This document shows, piece after piece, positions 37,243 through 46,444 of a DNA stretch of 64,000 nucleotides. Within the stretch, counting starts at the first letter, position 1; every line of letters starts with the position of its first letter. The notes beneath the pieces were generated by a model. It searched no databases. It was given only the letters and a program-made list of their open reading frames with translations, and was not told the DNA's origin. The position numbers and the translations under genes were made by a program. Location of the stretch: the IMG/VR virus record IMGVR_UViG_3300031519_004866, one strand, 5' to 3'. Source of the DNA: a virus.

Positions 37243-37763
37243 ACATCTCCTGTGATGTACTTGTTAACAATATCAAATGCTTTTGCTCTGAGACTTGCAT
37301 CTCCTTTGTCCATAACATCTAACAATAATTTCTTTTCTTGCATAAACACTTTGGCAAAGCTAGGATCATGTTTGATGATACTAGATGAGTTAGCAATTAA
37401 ATCGGCGTACTTGATAGTCTGCGCATCAGCAGAAGCAGCAGCAGAGTGATCTCTATCTTTTGCTTTTCTTACAGCTCTATTACCGTCTTCTGGTGTAGAG
37501 ATATCTGTAAGATCTGATACAAGTGCAGCAACCTTTTCGCCAAATGCTTCTGTAATAAGCTCGATGCTTGTAGGAGTATCCTCAACTACATCGTGCAATA
37601 CAGCAGCCATTAACATTTCAGTCGAGTGGGGAACAGTCCGTACAATACCCATAACTTCTAATGGGTGACCGATGTACGGAGCACCAGTGTACTTGCGCTT
37701 TTGCCCTGTGTGAGCAACAGTAGCAAGATGAATAGCTCTGTCTAATGGGCGCATAATGCTCAT
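37239..37763 (-). CDS. Stand-alone HD-domain hydrolase (small alarmone hydrolase / Mesh1-like)
   Basis: AHTGQKRK..GAPYIGHP, AAVLHDVVEDT, IKYADLIAN: RelA/SpoT hydrolase-domain motifs with no synthetase domain. Confidence 0.85.
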   Translation of the reverse strand: MSIMRPLDRAIHLATVAHTGQKRKYTGAPYIGHPLEVMGIVRTVPHSTEMLMAAVLHDVVEDTPTSIELITEAFGEKVAALVSDLTDISTPEDGNRAVRKAKDRDHSAAASADAQTIKYADLIANSSSIIKHDPSFAKVFMQEKKLLLDVMDKGDASLRAKAFDIVNKYITGDV

Positions 37764-37795
37764 ATCATACTCCTGTTCTGTTTGTTTATACTATG

Positions 37796-37824
37796 ATTAT
37801 ACAATCTATCAACTAGAATGTCAA
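37796..37824 (-). promoter_or_regulatory. sigma70-type promoter for the HD hydrolase
   Basis: TTGACA (37824-37819), 17 nt, TATAAT (37801-37796). Confidence 0.8.
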
Positions 37825-38057
37825 GCAAATTTTAATAAAAAAATCATCTTTTCTTGGTCTGTTGAGAACTCAGCTGTGAGTTTGTATATATGGCCGTACG
37901 AGTAATCGTCAGCATTTCTTGTCCACTTTATTCTAGCGTTGTCCATGCAATATTTGCCAGCGGGTGTTTGCTGCCATTCGAATATTGCTGATTGAGCATA
38001 AAGATCTGGATCTTCAACATCGCCCATTTTGAATTCATGTACAAGTGTGCCAGCCAT
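37821..38057 (-). CDS. Hypothetical protein
   Basis: 78 aa; VHEFKMGDVEDPDLYA motif; coupled to upstream ORF. Confidence 0.6.
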   Translation of the reverse strand: MAGTLVHEFKMGDVEDPDLYAQSAIFEWQQTPAGKYCMDNARIKWTRNADDYSYGHIYKLTAEFSTDQEKMIFLLKFA

Positions 38058-38344
38058 TAATCACCAGTAAAGTCGAAGTCTTCTCCTTCGGGTCCATATT
38101 GATTCATTAAGATGTGTTTACCAATTTCAAACAACCCAACGCCGCCGGCAATATCACCAACGCTGGTCCAAATAACAGCATTACCTGATTGATCTAAACT
38201 TGCGCCAACAAATTCGATAATTTCACCGTCTTTAACTCGTTTGCGTAGTGAGTCAACTATCTCCAATCGACTTTTAATATCGTCACTAAGCTCTTCTTGA
38301 CTGTTGTTGAAACTAACAACTTTCATATCTACTTCCTTATCCAT
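38057..38344 (-). CDS. Hypothetical protein
   Basis: 95 aa acidic ORF with AGGA SD. Confidence 0.55.
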   Translation of the reverse strand: MDKEVDMKVVSFNNSQEELSDDIKSRLEIVDSLRKRVKDGEIIEFVGASLDQSGNAVIWTSVGDIAGGVGLFEIGKHILMNQYGPEGEDFDFTGD

Positions 38345-38359
38345 GTAGCAAATTCCTTC

Positions 38360-38917
38360 TTATAGGATATGATCCGCAATTTTAAGTTTGATCAGATCTT
38401 TTGCGGTGTAATACTGATCACTTGGGCTATCAAAATATTCTTTAACTTTTGCTAAACTATATCCTGTAGCGTCTCTTAGAATGTGTAAACTACGATACTC
38501 GCAGTTATTATTTTCAATCATAGCTGACTTCATGTCGTGCAACTTTGATTCTATATGATCTGAGTGTTGATGATTCATAATACCTGTGTTCTTACCAATG
38601 TATCTATGTCCTTGTTCACCACTTGCAAATATTAAAAACCCTGCACTCATAACAGCACCAACACCGTATGTTGCAATGTTATGCCTACTTTGTTTCATAA
38701 TATCAATAAGTGCAAATGCTTCATATACTTCGCCACCATAGGTGTTAATATACAGTTTTAGAGTACGTTTTGGTTTAATCTTTAAGTTTGCACTTAGTAT
38801 CCATTTGATTGCTGGTGCTACTGTTTCAGCACTAATGTCTCCGTTGAGATAGAAAATATCGTTGTCTACTAGACTTTTGTCTATAGCGTCTGATGCTGTC
38901 CAGTTGTCATATTGCAT
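38360..38917 (-). CDS. ClpP-like protease subunit
   Basis: IFYLNGDI, LYINTYGGEV, VMSAG (nucleophile Ser), IMNHQ (His), YYTAKD. Confidence 0.85.
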   Translation of the reverse strand: MQYDNWTASDAIDKSLVDNDIFYLNGDISAETVAPAIKWILSANLKIKPKRTLKLYINTYGGEVYEAFALIDIMKQSRHNIATYGVGAVMSAGFLIFASGEQGHRYIGKNTGIMNHQHSDHIESKLHDMKSAMIENNNCEYRSLHILRDATGYSLAKVKEYFDSPSDQYYTAKDLIKLKIADHIL

Positions 38918-38954
38918 AAAGTGTTACCTTTAAATTAATGTACGCATATTTAGT

Positions 38955-39158
38955 TTAGATTTTAATACCAGCTTGTTCATTATGATCACTGCCATATTTT
39001 AGTCCAAAAAGTGTTGCATCTCTTGAGTTTTTAAAATACCATGTACCGCTTCTATTATAAAACTTAGACTCACAGTTTTCTAAGCACCAACACAGCTTTT
39101 CATTAGTGTCAGTTGATTTTACTATACTCCAGTCTTTTATTATAGTATGTAGGTCCAT
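38955..39158 (-). CDS. Hypothetical protein
   Basis: 67 aa; WYF...DATLFGLKY motif; sigma70 promoter upstream. Confidence 0.55.
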   Translation of the reverse strand: MDLHTIIKDWSIVKSTDTNEKLCWCLENCESKFYNRSGTWYFKNSRDATLFGLKYGSDHNEQAGIKI

Positions 39159-39164
39159 TGTTTT

Positions 39165-39193
39165 ATTGTAGCATAGTTGCTAATTGATGTCAA
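39165..39193 (-). promoter_or_regulatory. sigma70-type promoter
   Basis: TTGACA (39193-39188), 17 nt, TACAAT (39170-39165). Confidence 0.7.
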
Positions 39194-39241
39194 GTTATAT
39201 TATGCTATAAAAATGCTAAATACGTATGGAGCGTAGAAATT

Positions 39242-39520
39242 ATGGACTTTTTAACAATTGTTAGTGAAGTAGGTTTTCCAATTGCAGGTGCCCTTGCAGC
39301 CGGATTCTTTGTGTTTTTAACACTGAAATTTATATTGGCGGGCGTAACTGATAGTGTAAAAACACTAAAAGGTATTATTGGATCACTTGACAATCGTGTT
39401 CAAACTATGAACAATGATTTGGTTAAAATAGATGCTCTATTAAGTTATGCACTAGGCGTGAAACCAAACATAGATCGAATAGCAGCAAACGAAGGTAAGG
39501 AGGATGCTCGACGTGATTAA
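39242..39520 (+). CDS. YvrJ-like single-pass membrane protein
   Basis: EVGFPIAG + TM helix + coiled coil; paralog of 40065-40391. Confidence 0.65.
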   Translation: MDFLTIVSEVGFPIAGALAAGFFVFLTLKFILAGVTDSVKTLKGIIGSLDNRVQTMNNDLVKIDALLSYALGVKPNIDRIAANEGKEDARRD

Positions 39521-39707
39521 GATAACGCTGAACGGTAAAGAATTTGAAGTTGAAGCAAATAGTGTTTCACAAGGAATAAAACTTATTCGTGAACAACAAG
39601 AATCTAATAAACTAGGATTCAGTAATGTACAAGAAATGAAATGGGCAAAAGCAAATGGATTTGCTGATAAAGCTGCATGGTGGGCAGCAGAACAACTAAA
39701 AGGATAA
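39513..39707 (+). CDS. Hypothetical protein
   Basis: GTG start with GGAGG SD overlapping the previous stop. Confidence 0.5.
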   Translation: MIKITLNGKEFEVEANSVSQGIKLIREQQESNKLGFSNVQEMKWAKANGFADKAAWWAAEQLKG

Positions 39708-39713
39708 TACACT

Positions 39714-39929
39714 ATGATGTGGGTTGATTACACTATTAATAGCATACCCGGCGGCAACGGCTTTAAGGTAGAAGGTGACACGCCAACTGAAGTAATGGAC
39801 AAAGGCTTGTACAAACCAGGTGACGTGTTCGTTGTAAACGAAAATGGCTGGCTAGTTAAGTCAGATGAACTAGCTGTAATGATAATGAAACACAAGGCGA
39901 AAACAGATGAAGAAAAACTTTCCCAATAA
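39714..39929 (+). CDS. Hypothetical protein
   Basis: 71 aa ORF in a co-directional run. Confidence 0.55.
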   Translation: MMWVDYTINSIPGGNGFKVEGDTPTEVMDKGLYKPGDVFVVNENGWLVKSDELAVMIMKHKAKTDEEKLSQ

Positions 39930-40068
39930 TACAGATTTCTATAAAAGTCAAAATGCATCAACACAAGCATATTTAGATAGAACACCAATTTGGCATGATA
40001 GAGATGTGTTACTTGTAGCAATTGGAAGTGCATTAATAGGCTTCATTGCAGGCATAATAATTTTATGA
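39907..40068 (+). CDS. Small membrane protein (53 aa)
   Basis: Manual translation MKKNFPNNTDFYKSQNASTQAYLDRTPIWHDRDVLLVAIGSALIGFIAGIIIL; TGA overlaps the next ATG (ATGA). Confidence 0.6.
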   Translation: MKKNFPNNTDFYKSQNASTQAYLDRTPIWHDRDVLLVAIGSALIGFIAGIIIL

Positions 40069-40391
40069 ATCTAGACTTAGTAACAGCTATTAAGGACTTT
40101 GGTTTTCCTATCATAGCCGCAATGGGTATGGGATATTTTATCTATTTTATATGGAAATGGGTAACTGAAACTATCGATCCTGTTATTGGTGAAACTATGG
40201 GTACACTAATACGACTTGTTGATCGTGTGCGTATGTTAGATAACGACATGATACGCCTAAACAGTAAATTAAGTATGGTATTAGAACATCGTGCTAAATT
40301 AGATCCAGTTGCTCAAGAAGAGCTTGATGATCTAGTGTCTAAGTATCAAAGCCTTAGCGAGCAATTTGATAGCACCGGAAAGGAAAAGTAG
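40065..40391 (+). CDS. YvrJ-like single-pass membrane protein
   Basis: DFGFPIIAA + TM + DRVRMLDNDMIRL, matching NRVQTMNNDLVKI of 39242. Confidence 0.65.
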   Translation: MNLDLVTAIKDFGFPIIAAMGMGYFIYFIWKWVTETIDPVIGETMGTLIRLVDRVRMLDNDMIRLNSKLSMVLEHRAKLDPVAQEELDDLVSKYQSLSEQFDSTGKEK

Positions 40392-40769
40392 TTGGAACTT
40401 GTTCTACTTTCATTACTATTAATAAAGCACACTATAGTTGACCTTGCACTACAGTATTACCTAAAGGGTCAACAAAAACTACAGTGGTTAAATCCTAAAG
40501 CACATATTCACTATGCACAACACGGTATAGGCACACTAATTGTTACAGTTCCTCTTACTGGGGATTTGTTGGTTTCTGCATTAGTTTCGCTTTTAGACTA
40601 TCTAATTCATTGGCACGTTGATTGGGCAAAGCATCATTGGATTGCTCGACACGGTTGGAGCTCTGCTGATAGTGGTTATTGGTGGGCTGCTGCGATTGAT
40701 CAGGCTCTGCATTACTTAACTTACTGCGCAATCGTATTGTTACTTGCAAGTCATGTATACGTCTTCTAA
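40392..40769 (+). CDS. DUF3307-like membrane protein
   Basis: KHTIVD..LQ, HYAQHG, HWHVDWAK, DQALHY His-rich TM pattern; TTG start. Confidence 0.7.
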   Translation: MELVLLSLLLIKHTIVDLALQYYLKGQQKLQWLNPKAHIHYAQHGIGTLIVTVPLTGDLLVSALVSLLDYLIHWHVDWAKHHWIARHGWSSADSGYWWAAAIDQALHYLTYCAIVLLLASHVYVF

Positions 40770-40807
40770 TATTAATAACTTTATCATCTAAACTTAACTG
40801 CTTAAAA

Positions 40808-42859
40808 TTACTTGGTCGTTGCAATGAAAACTCCATTCCAATCTTCAGGTAAGTCTTGTGTCTTTTGGAATTCACAACGTTCTATCCACATTGTATAATA
40901 GCCTTCTAATTGACCACTAAAGTGTCTTTTTAGTTTTTCACAAATCCAAATTGCTTCATCAAACTTTTGAGCTCTATATGCTTCATACATACGCTGGTGC
41001 ATGTTTTGGCTTTTATATTCAGCTTTTGTGCCTTTAACGTCTAGCACTGTCCATATCCCAATGCCTACAGTTTTTCCTTTAACTGCTAGGTCGTCTATCT
41101 TTAAGTAGAAGAAGTCGTCTTTAGTAGTTTGGTATGTCGCATCTCCAACAAGTAATACACATCCGTACTCTTTACATTTGCTTTCAATACGAGCGGCTGT
41201 ACTAACTGCATCTCCGAGGACATCATAACTGTGTCGGGCTGTTGAACCCATCTCGCCAAGATAGCCAAGACCAGTATTAATGCCAGCCCCCATACCCACT
41301 GGGGGTCTTCCTTCTTTGGTAATCTTATCATTAAATATCTCCACTGCTTTTAACATATCCAATCCACATTGTACCGCCGTTCTAGGATGATGTGGATCTT
41401 CAATTGGTGCATTGTGTATGTGCATACTTGCGTCACCAATATACTTAATAACCATACCGTCTGCATCTAGTATGGGCTGTGTAATAGCGTCCATGTAGCC
41501 ATTCATAATTTTAGTTAGGCCTTTTACATCATCACCAAATGATTCACCTAGTGGAGTAAAGCCTCTTAGGTCTGAGAAACAAATTGAAACTTCTTTCTTC
41601 ATACCGTCTTTGATTAGTTCAGGATTTTCTTGTAGTAGTCTTACTACTGTTGGTGATGCATATCCAGCGAACTGTTTCTTAATTGCTTGTTTTTGGAAAT
41701 ACTCGTTTACAAATCGGTTAAACACTGCATGAAAGCCAACAAATGTACTTACTAGTAGTACCCAACTAACGTCCCATAGCTGTAACTGCCCTTTAAACAG
41801 CGTGTAAGCACCGTACAAGCACGTTGCATATATCACAAGTAGCAATGCTCCAACTACATAATACGGTGCAAAAACAGCAGCAATTATAAGAATAACACCA
41901 ATTGCAATAGATGCAATGTACTCTACAAATGTAGCATAATCAAAACGTACAATGTTATCTCCACTAATAATAGTTTGGAGAGCTGTTGCTCCTGCAACAT
42001 GACTATACATTTCTCCTTTTGGAGTACCAATCACACCTCCTAGTCCTTCTGCTGTTATACCAATAATAACAGTTTTTCCTGCTAGACTAGAGTAGTCTTC
42101 ATTTGCAGCACTAAGTGTGCTAAACTCTTTATTCCAACGCAACCAAATTCTAGCATTTGGGTCTGTTTTAATAGTTGCATACGCAGGAACTCGTAACGCA
42201 ATAATTCCGCCTGGTCCTGTTTTAACTTGATAACTAGGATCTCCAACAGCAACTCTAATAGTTTCTAATGCAATTGCAGGATATACTTCTTCTCCTACTC
42301 TCATCAACAATGGCATACGTCTTACAACACCATCGATCTCTGGAGCAGTATTAATAACACCAACACCAGCAGCAACATCGCCTAACTCAGGTATAGGTCC
42401 AAGCATGCCTGGCCACTCAAATAACCAAGGAAACGGATCTCCTATTTTAGCAACACCTCTTGGCACTGCATTTTTGTTTGTTTGAGTTGTTCCTACTTGT
42501 GCAATAACAACACCGTTGTCTTTAAGTGCAAAAACTAAATCGTTGTCGCCTTGCAATCTATCTGACTCAGAAAACAGTATTGGCATTACAATAATACCAG
42601 CGCCTGCTTCTCGCAATTTGTAAATAATATCTGCTAGTACATCACGCTTCCAAGGCCACTGTCCGTATTGCTGTATAGACGCTTCGTCTATTTCTAGTAT
42701 TGCAACATCTTGAGATTGTTCTGGAGTGTCGTACTGTTGTATAAGATCAAATGACTTCAGTCGCATTGTTTCTTTAACAAAAGGATCATTAAATCCTAAA
42801 ATGCTAATAACAGCCAATGTAATTACTGCTGTGAACCAATGTGTAATATATTTGCCCAT
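40808..42859 (-). CDS. CHASE2-domain class III adenylate/guanylate cyclase
   Basis: N-terminal TM; IDEASIQQYGQWPWKR and DGVVRR (CHASE2); three TMs; FSDLRGFT, KYIGDA, GAGINTG, YDVLGDAVSTAARIE. Confidence 0.93.
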   Translation of the reverse strand: MGKYITHWFTAVITLAVISILGFNDPFVKETMRLKSFDLIQQYDTPEQSQDVAILEIDEASIQQYGQWPWKRDVLADIIYKLREAGAGIIVMPILFSESDRLQGDNDLVFALKDNGVVIAQVGTTQTNKNAVPRGVAKIGDPFPWLFEWPGMLGPIPELGDVAAGVGVINTAPEIDGVVRRMPLLMRVGEEVYPAIALETIRVAVGDPSYQVKTGPGGIIALRVPAYATIKTDPNARIWLRWNKEFSTLSAANEDYSSLAGKTVIIGITAEGLGGVIGTPKGEMYSHVAGATALQTIISGDNIVRFDYATFVEYIASIAIGVILIIAAVFAPYYVVGALLLVIYATCLYGAYTLFKGQLQLWDVSWVLLVSTFVGFHAVFNRFVNEYFQKQAIKKQFAGYASPTVVRLLQENPELIKDGMKKEVSICFSDLRGFTPLGESFGDDVKGLTKIMNGYMDAITQPILDADGMVIKYIGDASMHIHNAPIEDPHHPRTAVQCGLDMLKAVEIFNDKITKEGRPPVGMGAGINTGLGYLGEMGSTARHSYDVLGDAVSTAARIESKCKEYGCVLLVGDATYQTTKDDFFYLKIDDLAVKGKTVGIGIWTVLDVKGTKAEYKSQNMHQRMYEAYRAQKFDEAIWICEKLKRHFSGQLEGYYTMWIERCEFQKTQDLPEDWNGVFIATTK

Positions 42860-42869
42860 ACTGTATTTA

Positions 42870-43088
42870 TTAATGATCGTACACGTTAGGACCGTCTTGT
42901 ACTTTTACAGGCTTACAATATGCTGTAAGTCTATGTTCTTCTGGTACTAGATAACTGTGGTCATAGTTTCCGTACTGTCTTGGTATACGTACAGCATAAT
43001 ATTGGCAAACATCAATGCTTCTAAAGTACATAGGACTAGGTTGTTGCTTGCCTGCTATTAATACTACTAACATAAATGCATGTATCAA
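42870..43088 (-). CDS. Hypothetical small protein (possibly exported)
   Basis: Hydrophobic N-terminus, two Cys (DVCQ...AYCKP). Confidence 0.55.
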   Translation of the reverse strand: MIHAFMLVVLIAGKQQPSPMYFRSIDVCQYYAVRIPRQYGNYDHSYLVPEEHRLTAYCKPVKVQDGPNVYDH

Positions 43089-43571
43089 TTATATCATTCC
43101 TTTTGCTTTTGCTATAAAATACACAATGCCAAACAGTATTGCACAACCTGCTAACATTAGTGCAATAATTGCTACTCCGTTTACAAATGCTTGTCTAGCT
43201 TCTGCTGCTGCATATACTTGTTTCTGTCGGTCAGCACGTATCTTACGTTGCATCTCTTTTAGTTCGTCCCAGGTGCCAAAGCCAAAACGCATGTTTAGCA
43301 TTTGCTGTAGTTCTAGTTGCATCTCCAGAACTTTCTTTTCATGGATTAATAGATTCAGTGCTTCTTCTTCGACTGACCCTGCAGCCAAAAGTTTTCTGAA
43401 TATAGGAGGGTTCTTTTGCATCTCCTTTCCTTTACGGAAGTCAGATACTGCACTGTACCATTTGCCCATTTGCCCCATGCAGTTTTCAAAATCTTGACCT
43501 GCGTGTACAAATTTCTTAATCGTATTAAATGCCGTGGTGGCTGCTGCTACTGCTGTAAACGGATCTATCAT
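43089..43571 (-). CDS. Hypothetical membrane protein
   Basis: MIDPFTAVAAAT... and a C-terminal TM helix; GGAG SD. Confidence 0.65.
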   Translation of the reverse strand: MIDPFTAVAAATTAFNTIKKFVHAGQDFENCMGQMGKWYSAVSDFRKGKEMQKNPPIFRKLLAAGSVEEEALNLLIHEKKVLEMQLELQQMLNMRFGFGTWDELKEMQRKIRADRQKQVYAAAEARQAFVNGVAIIALMLAGCAILFGIVYFIAKAKGMI

Positions 43572-43600
43572 TGTCGCTCCTTCCGTCTGTTCAGCTGTAT

Positions 43601-43735
43601 TTATGTGTTTCTTTTAGGTTTGGGGGATCTCTTCTTGCTACGTTTTTTAATTATCTGTAGTGTTGATAAATGTTTATCTTCTTCGTGCTGACGCAATAAC
43701 TTTTCTATATGTTTTTGAAATTCTTTGTCAGTCAT
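43601..43735 (-). CDS. Small basic hypothetical protein (44 aa)
   Basis: Manual translation MTDKEFQKHIEKLLRQHEEDKHLSTLQIIKKRSKKRSPKPKRNT; ATG directly follows the curlin stop. Confidence 0.35.
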   Translation of the reverse strand: MTDKEFQKHIEKLLRQHEEDKHLSTLQIIKKRSKKRSPKPKRNT

Positions 43736-44599
43736 TTAGTATTGAGTAACAGTAACCGCACATCCACCTAATGTAACACAACTTCCAGTTAGACTGTAAG
43801 TTTGTGCATTTGCTGAATTTTGTGTAGTTGATATATTGTATCCGCCACCGTTGTTAGTAAGGTCTAGTGTAAGACTGTGTGCGCCGTACATACCGCCACG
43901 TTGTACACCTGTCACTGTATGATCATCTCCAGTTAATACTATGTCTGCAAAGTGTGTTGCTGTATTTCTTTGTTCAAGAGTAACACTATTGTCATTGCCG
44001 TCTATCTCAACAAACCCCATCTTCTTACCATCAGCATATTGTAAATGGCTTAAGAAGTTTCTATCGCCGTCTATGATATGTGCCATGTGATGATCTGAAC
44101 TTGTTCCATTACTGTTTACTTGAGATGTAATAACATTATTATCATCGCCTAGTACGGTTATGTACTGTTCAAATTCGCCACTGTCATTACCATCAATTGA
44201 CCCATCTATCTTCTTGCCTTGTCGTGCGTCTATTGTATTGTTATTACCAACTATAGTGCCTCTCATAAAACTGTTGTCAGCACTACCACCTTGGTATGTA
44301 GTTATAGTATTAGAATTTCCGTAAACGTATCCTTGAACAACCATATCATCGCCCTGTTGGGTAAATGTCATAGTATTATTATTTCCAGTAAGAGGTACTG
44401 TACTATTAGGCACTCCTCCAATATAATTGTTTTCACCTGACTGTGTAACATCTAACTCAAAGTTGTTGCCAACTTGATCCATGTATATGTCATTAGCCAT
44501 ACAGGTTTGTGCTGAAAAGTACAGTAACATAACTAGTATACCTAGGTGTGTTCCGGTTATTTTATTTTTGAATGATATCAATTTCGTTGCTCCCGTCAC
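43736..44599 (-). CDS. Curlin-repeat (CsgA/CsgB-like) secreted protein
   Basis: Signal-like segment, then NDIYMDQVG and repeated G(N/D)xNxxxxxQxG beta-arch units; true start uncertain (e.g. 44530). Confidence 0.75.
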   Translation of the reverse strand: MTGATKLISFKNKITGTHLGILVMLLYFSAQTCMANDIYMDQVGNNFELDVTQSGENNYIGGVPNSTVPLTGNNNTMTFTQQGDDMVVQGYVYGNSNTITTYQGGSADNSFMRGTIVGNNNTIDARQGKKIDGSIDGNDSGEFEQYITVLGDDNNVITSQVNSNGTSSDHHMAHIIDGDRNFLSHLQYADGKKMGFVEIDGNDNSVTLEQRNTATHFADIVLTGDDHTVTGVQRGGMYGAHSLTLDLTNNGGGYNISTTQNSANAQTYSLTGSCVTLGGCAVTVTQY

Positions 44600-45674
44600 C
44601 TAGTTGAAATTCTCTAAATTCAAAATCTGATTGTTGTAGATTAATGTTATAACCATTTTGTTGATCTAATAATAGTTCAACTGTCATGCCTGTGCCACTG
44701 TCTCTTTTAAATAACCAACTTGGTGCTTGGTTGTAAATTTCAATTCCTGTTACTGGATCTTTTCCGTAAGTAAGTTTTCCAGACTTTTGATTCAATGCTC
44801 CACTTAACACCATTGCTAACATTTCGTTAAGTTGATCAAGTACGTTTGCTAAAAAGTTTTGATCTAAATAGTTCATGTCTAAGCCTGTTTGCCAAATGTC
44901 TGTAGTTTGTTCATCTAGATAGTTAATATCCAATCCGTCAAATTCTAAATAATCAAATCCTAAAAAGTCTGCTAAGTCTTTGGCTCTTTCTATTTCTAGT
45001 TCTAGTTTAAGTGCTTTGGGCTTACGTATGATTAACAAGTTATCTATCAATCGTTCATTAATGTCAATAATAATCGGCTTCAAAGGGTTACTCTTAGGTG
45101 TGTCTACAACAGTTGCTTGGAACGCTTGATTAAGTATTACCGTGCCAATGTCTGATGTTACTTCAATTTCGCCTACCACGCATATACGCTTTACTCCAAT
45201 TGCAGAACAACTTGGAAGTAAGACAATAGTTGAAGAACCAGTTTCGTCTACTGTCATAGTAAAGTCTGTTCCACGAACACCAATACTAGCTGTTGGTGTT
45301 GAAATCTTTATGTCTTGCCTGCTGTTTTTAGCAATTTGTCCTGAGGCGTAACGTATAGTTCCGAATGATGCTTTTAATGCTAGTTTACCTGTTGAAGTAG
45401 CTGGGTCATACACAAACTCATCAATTATTAGTTTACTGTTTTGTGTTACATCAACTCGAGTTTCATCTAGAAACTGAATAGCAGTCTTACCTTGGCCTGT
45501 CTTAATAGTGTCATAACTTACTACATCACTACCTTTTTGTGCTTTCAGTGATTCACCAGCTTTTCTCTCAATAACAGTGTTACCAACTTGTTGAGTCACT
45601 GCACCAATACTATCAGATGCGGCCCTCGCTGGAGAGATCATAATTATACATAAGAAAAGCCAACGGAAAAACAT
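44562..45674 (-). CDS. FecR-domain periplasmic protein
   Basis: Signal peptide; DTIKTG.GKTAIQFLDET, IKISTPTASIGVRGTDF...VD..G. Confidence 0.88.
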   Translation of the reverse strand: MFFRWLFLCIIMISPARAASDSIGAVTQQVGNTVIERKAGESLKAQKGSDVVSYDTIKTGQGKTAIQFLDETRVDVTQNSKLIIDEFVYDPATSTGKLALKASFGTIRYASGQIAKNSRQDIKISTPTASIGVRGTDFTMTVDETGSSTIVLLPSCSAIGVKRICVVGEIEVTSDIGTVILNQAFQATVVDTPKSNPLKPIIIDINERLIDNLLIIRKPKALKLELEIERAKDLADFLGFDYLEFDGLDINYLDEQTTDIWQTGLDMNYLDQNFLANVLDQLNEMLAMVLSGALNQKSGKLTYGKDPVTGIEIYNQAPSWLFKRDSGTGMTVELLLDQQNGYNINLQQSDFEFREFQLGDGSNEIDIIQK

Positions 45675-46444
45675 CAGTCAGTCTGCGTAATGTCTACAGT
45701 TGCATCGTTGCCAACAGTTGTTAAGTTAATAGTTTTATCTTCAACACCTGATTGCGTAATGTTTACTATGCTACCGCCACCCTTCTGATTAAAAATTAAA
45801 CTATGTCCGTTAATATCGCCAGCGCCTGACTGTGTAACGTTTACAGTATTAGCAACTCCACTTTCTACTGAAGATGCAGTGCTTGTAGTACCACCTATTC
45901 CTACTCCAGTAAGTGCAGTTGAACCATCGTTGCTTAAATCGTAATCCATGTCGCCGTTTGCAGCTTCAAGGATAAAGATAAAAGTATCTTGGTTACTTGC
46001 GTTCGCAATATCAATAGTACCTACAAAGTTAGCAGCATCGCTATTATCACCAATGGTTGCTGTTAGGTCAACTGAACTACCAGTTACATCAATACTTAAA
46101 CTTACAGTTTCACAGTTGGTTCCACCAGTGCTATCACAGTCCAAATCAACTGTGTTGCTGTTACCAACTAGATTAATGTTACCCGTATATGTATTACCAT
46201 TGATCTGAGTTTTGATTATATTAGTATCTCCTTGTTGTACCACGGAGAAGGTCATGTTGTTTCCTGTAAGGATCACTCCTTGTGTAGTTGTACCAAGTAT
46301 GTTATTAGTACCATCTTGTGTTACGTCTAGATCTAGATCGTTACCTGACTGTTGAATGTATATGTCATTCGCGAACACCGGCAGAGTTCCTAATCCAAAA
46401 CCAAACATTAAAAGACTACTTGCTACTAGGGTCTTTATTTTCAT
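45674..46444 (-). CDS. Curlin-repeat (CsgA/CsgB-like) secreted protein
   Basis: Signal peptide ending VFA; NDIYIQQSGNDLDLDVTQDGTNN and further NxxxxxQxG repeats. Confidence 0.75.
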   Translation of the reverse strand: MKIKTLVASSLLMFGFGLGTLPVFANDIYIQQSGNDLDLDVTQDGTNNILGTTTQGVILTGNNMTFSVVQQGDTNIIKTQINGNTYTGNINLVGNSNTVDLDCDSTGGTNCETVSLSIDVTGSSVDLTATIGDNSDAANFVGTIDIANASNQDTFIFILEAANGDMDYDLSNDGSTALTGVGIGGTTSTASSVESGVANTVNVTQSGAGDINGHSLIFNQKGGGSIVNITQSGVEDKTINLTTVGNDATVDITQTD

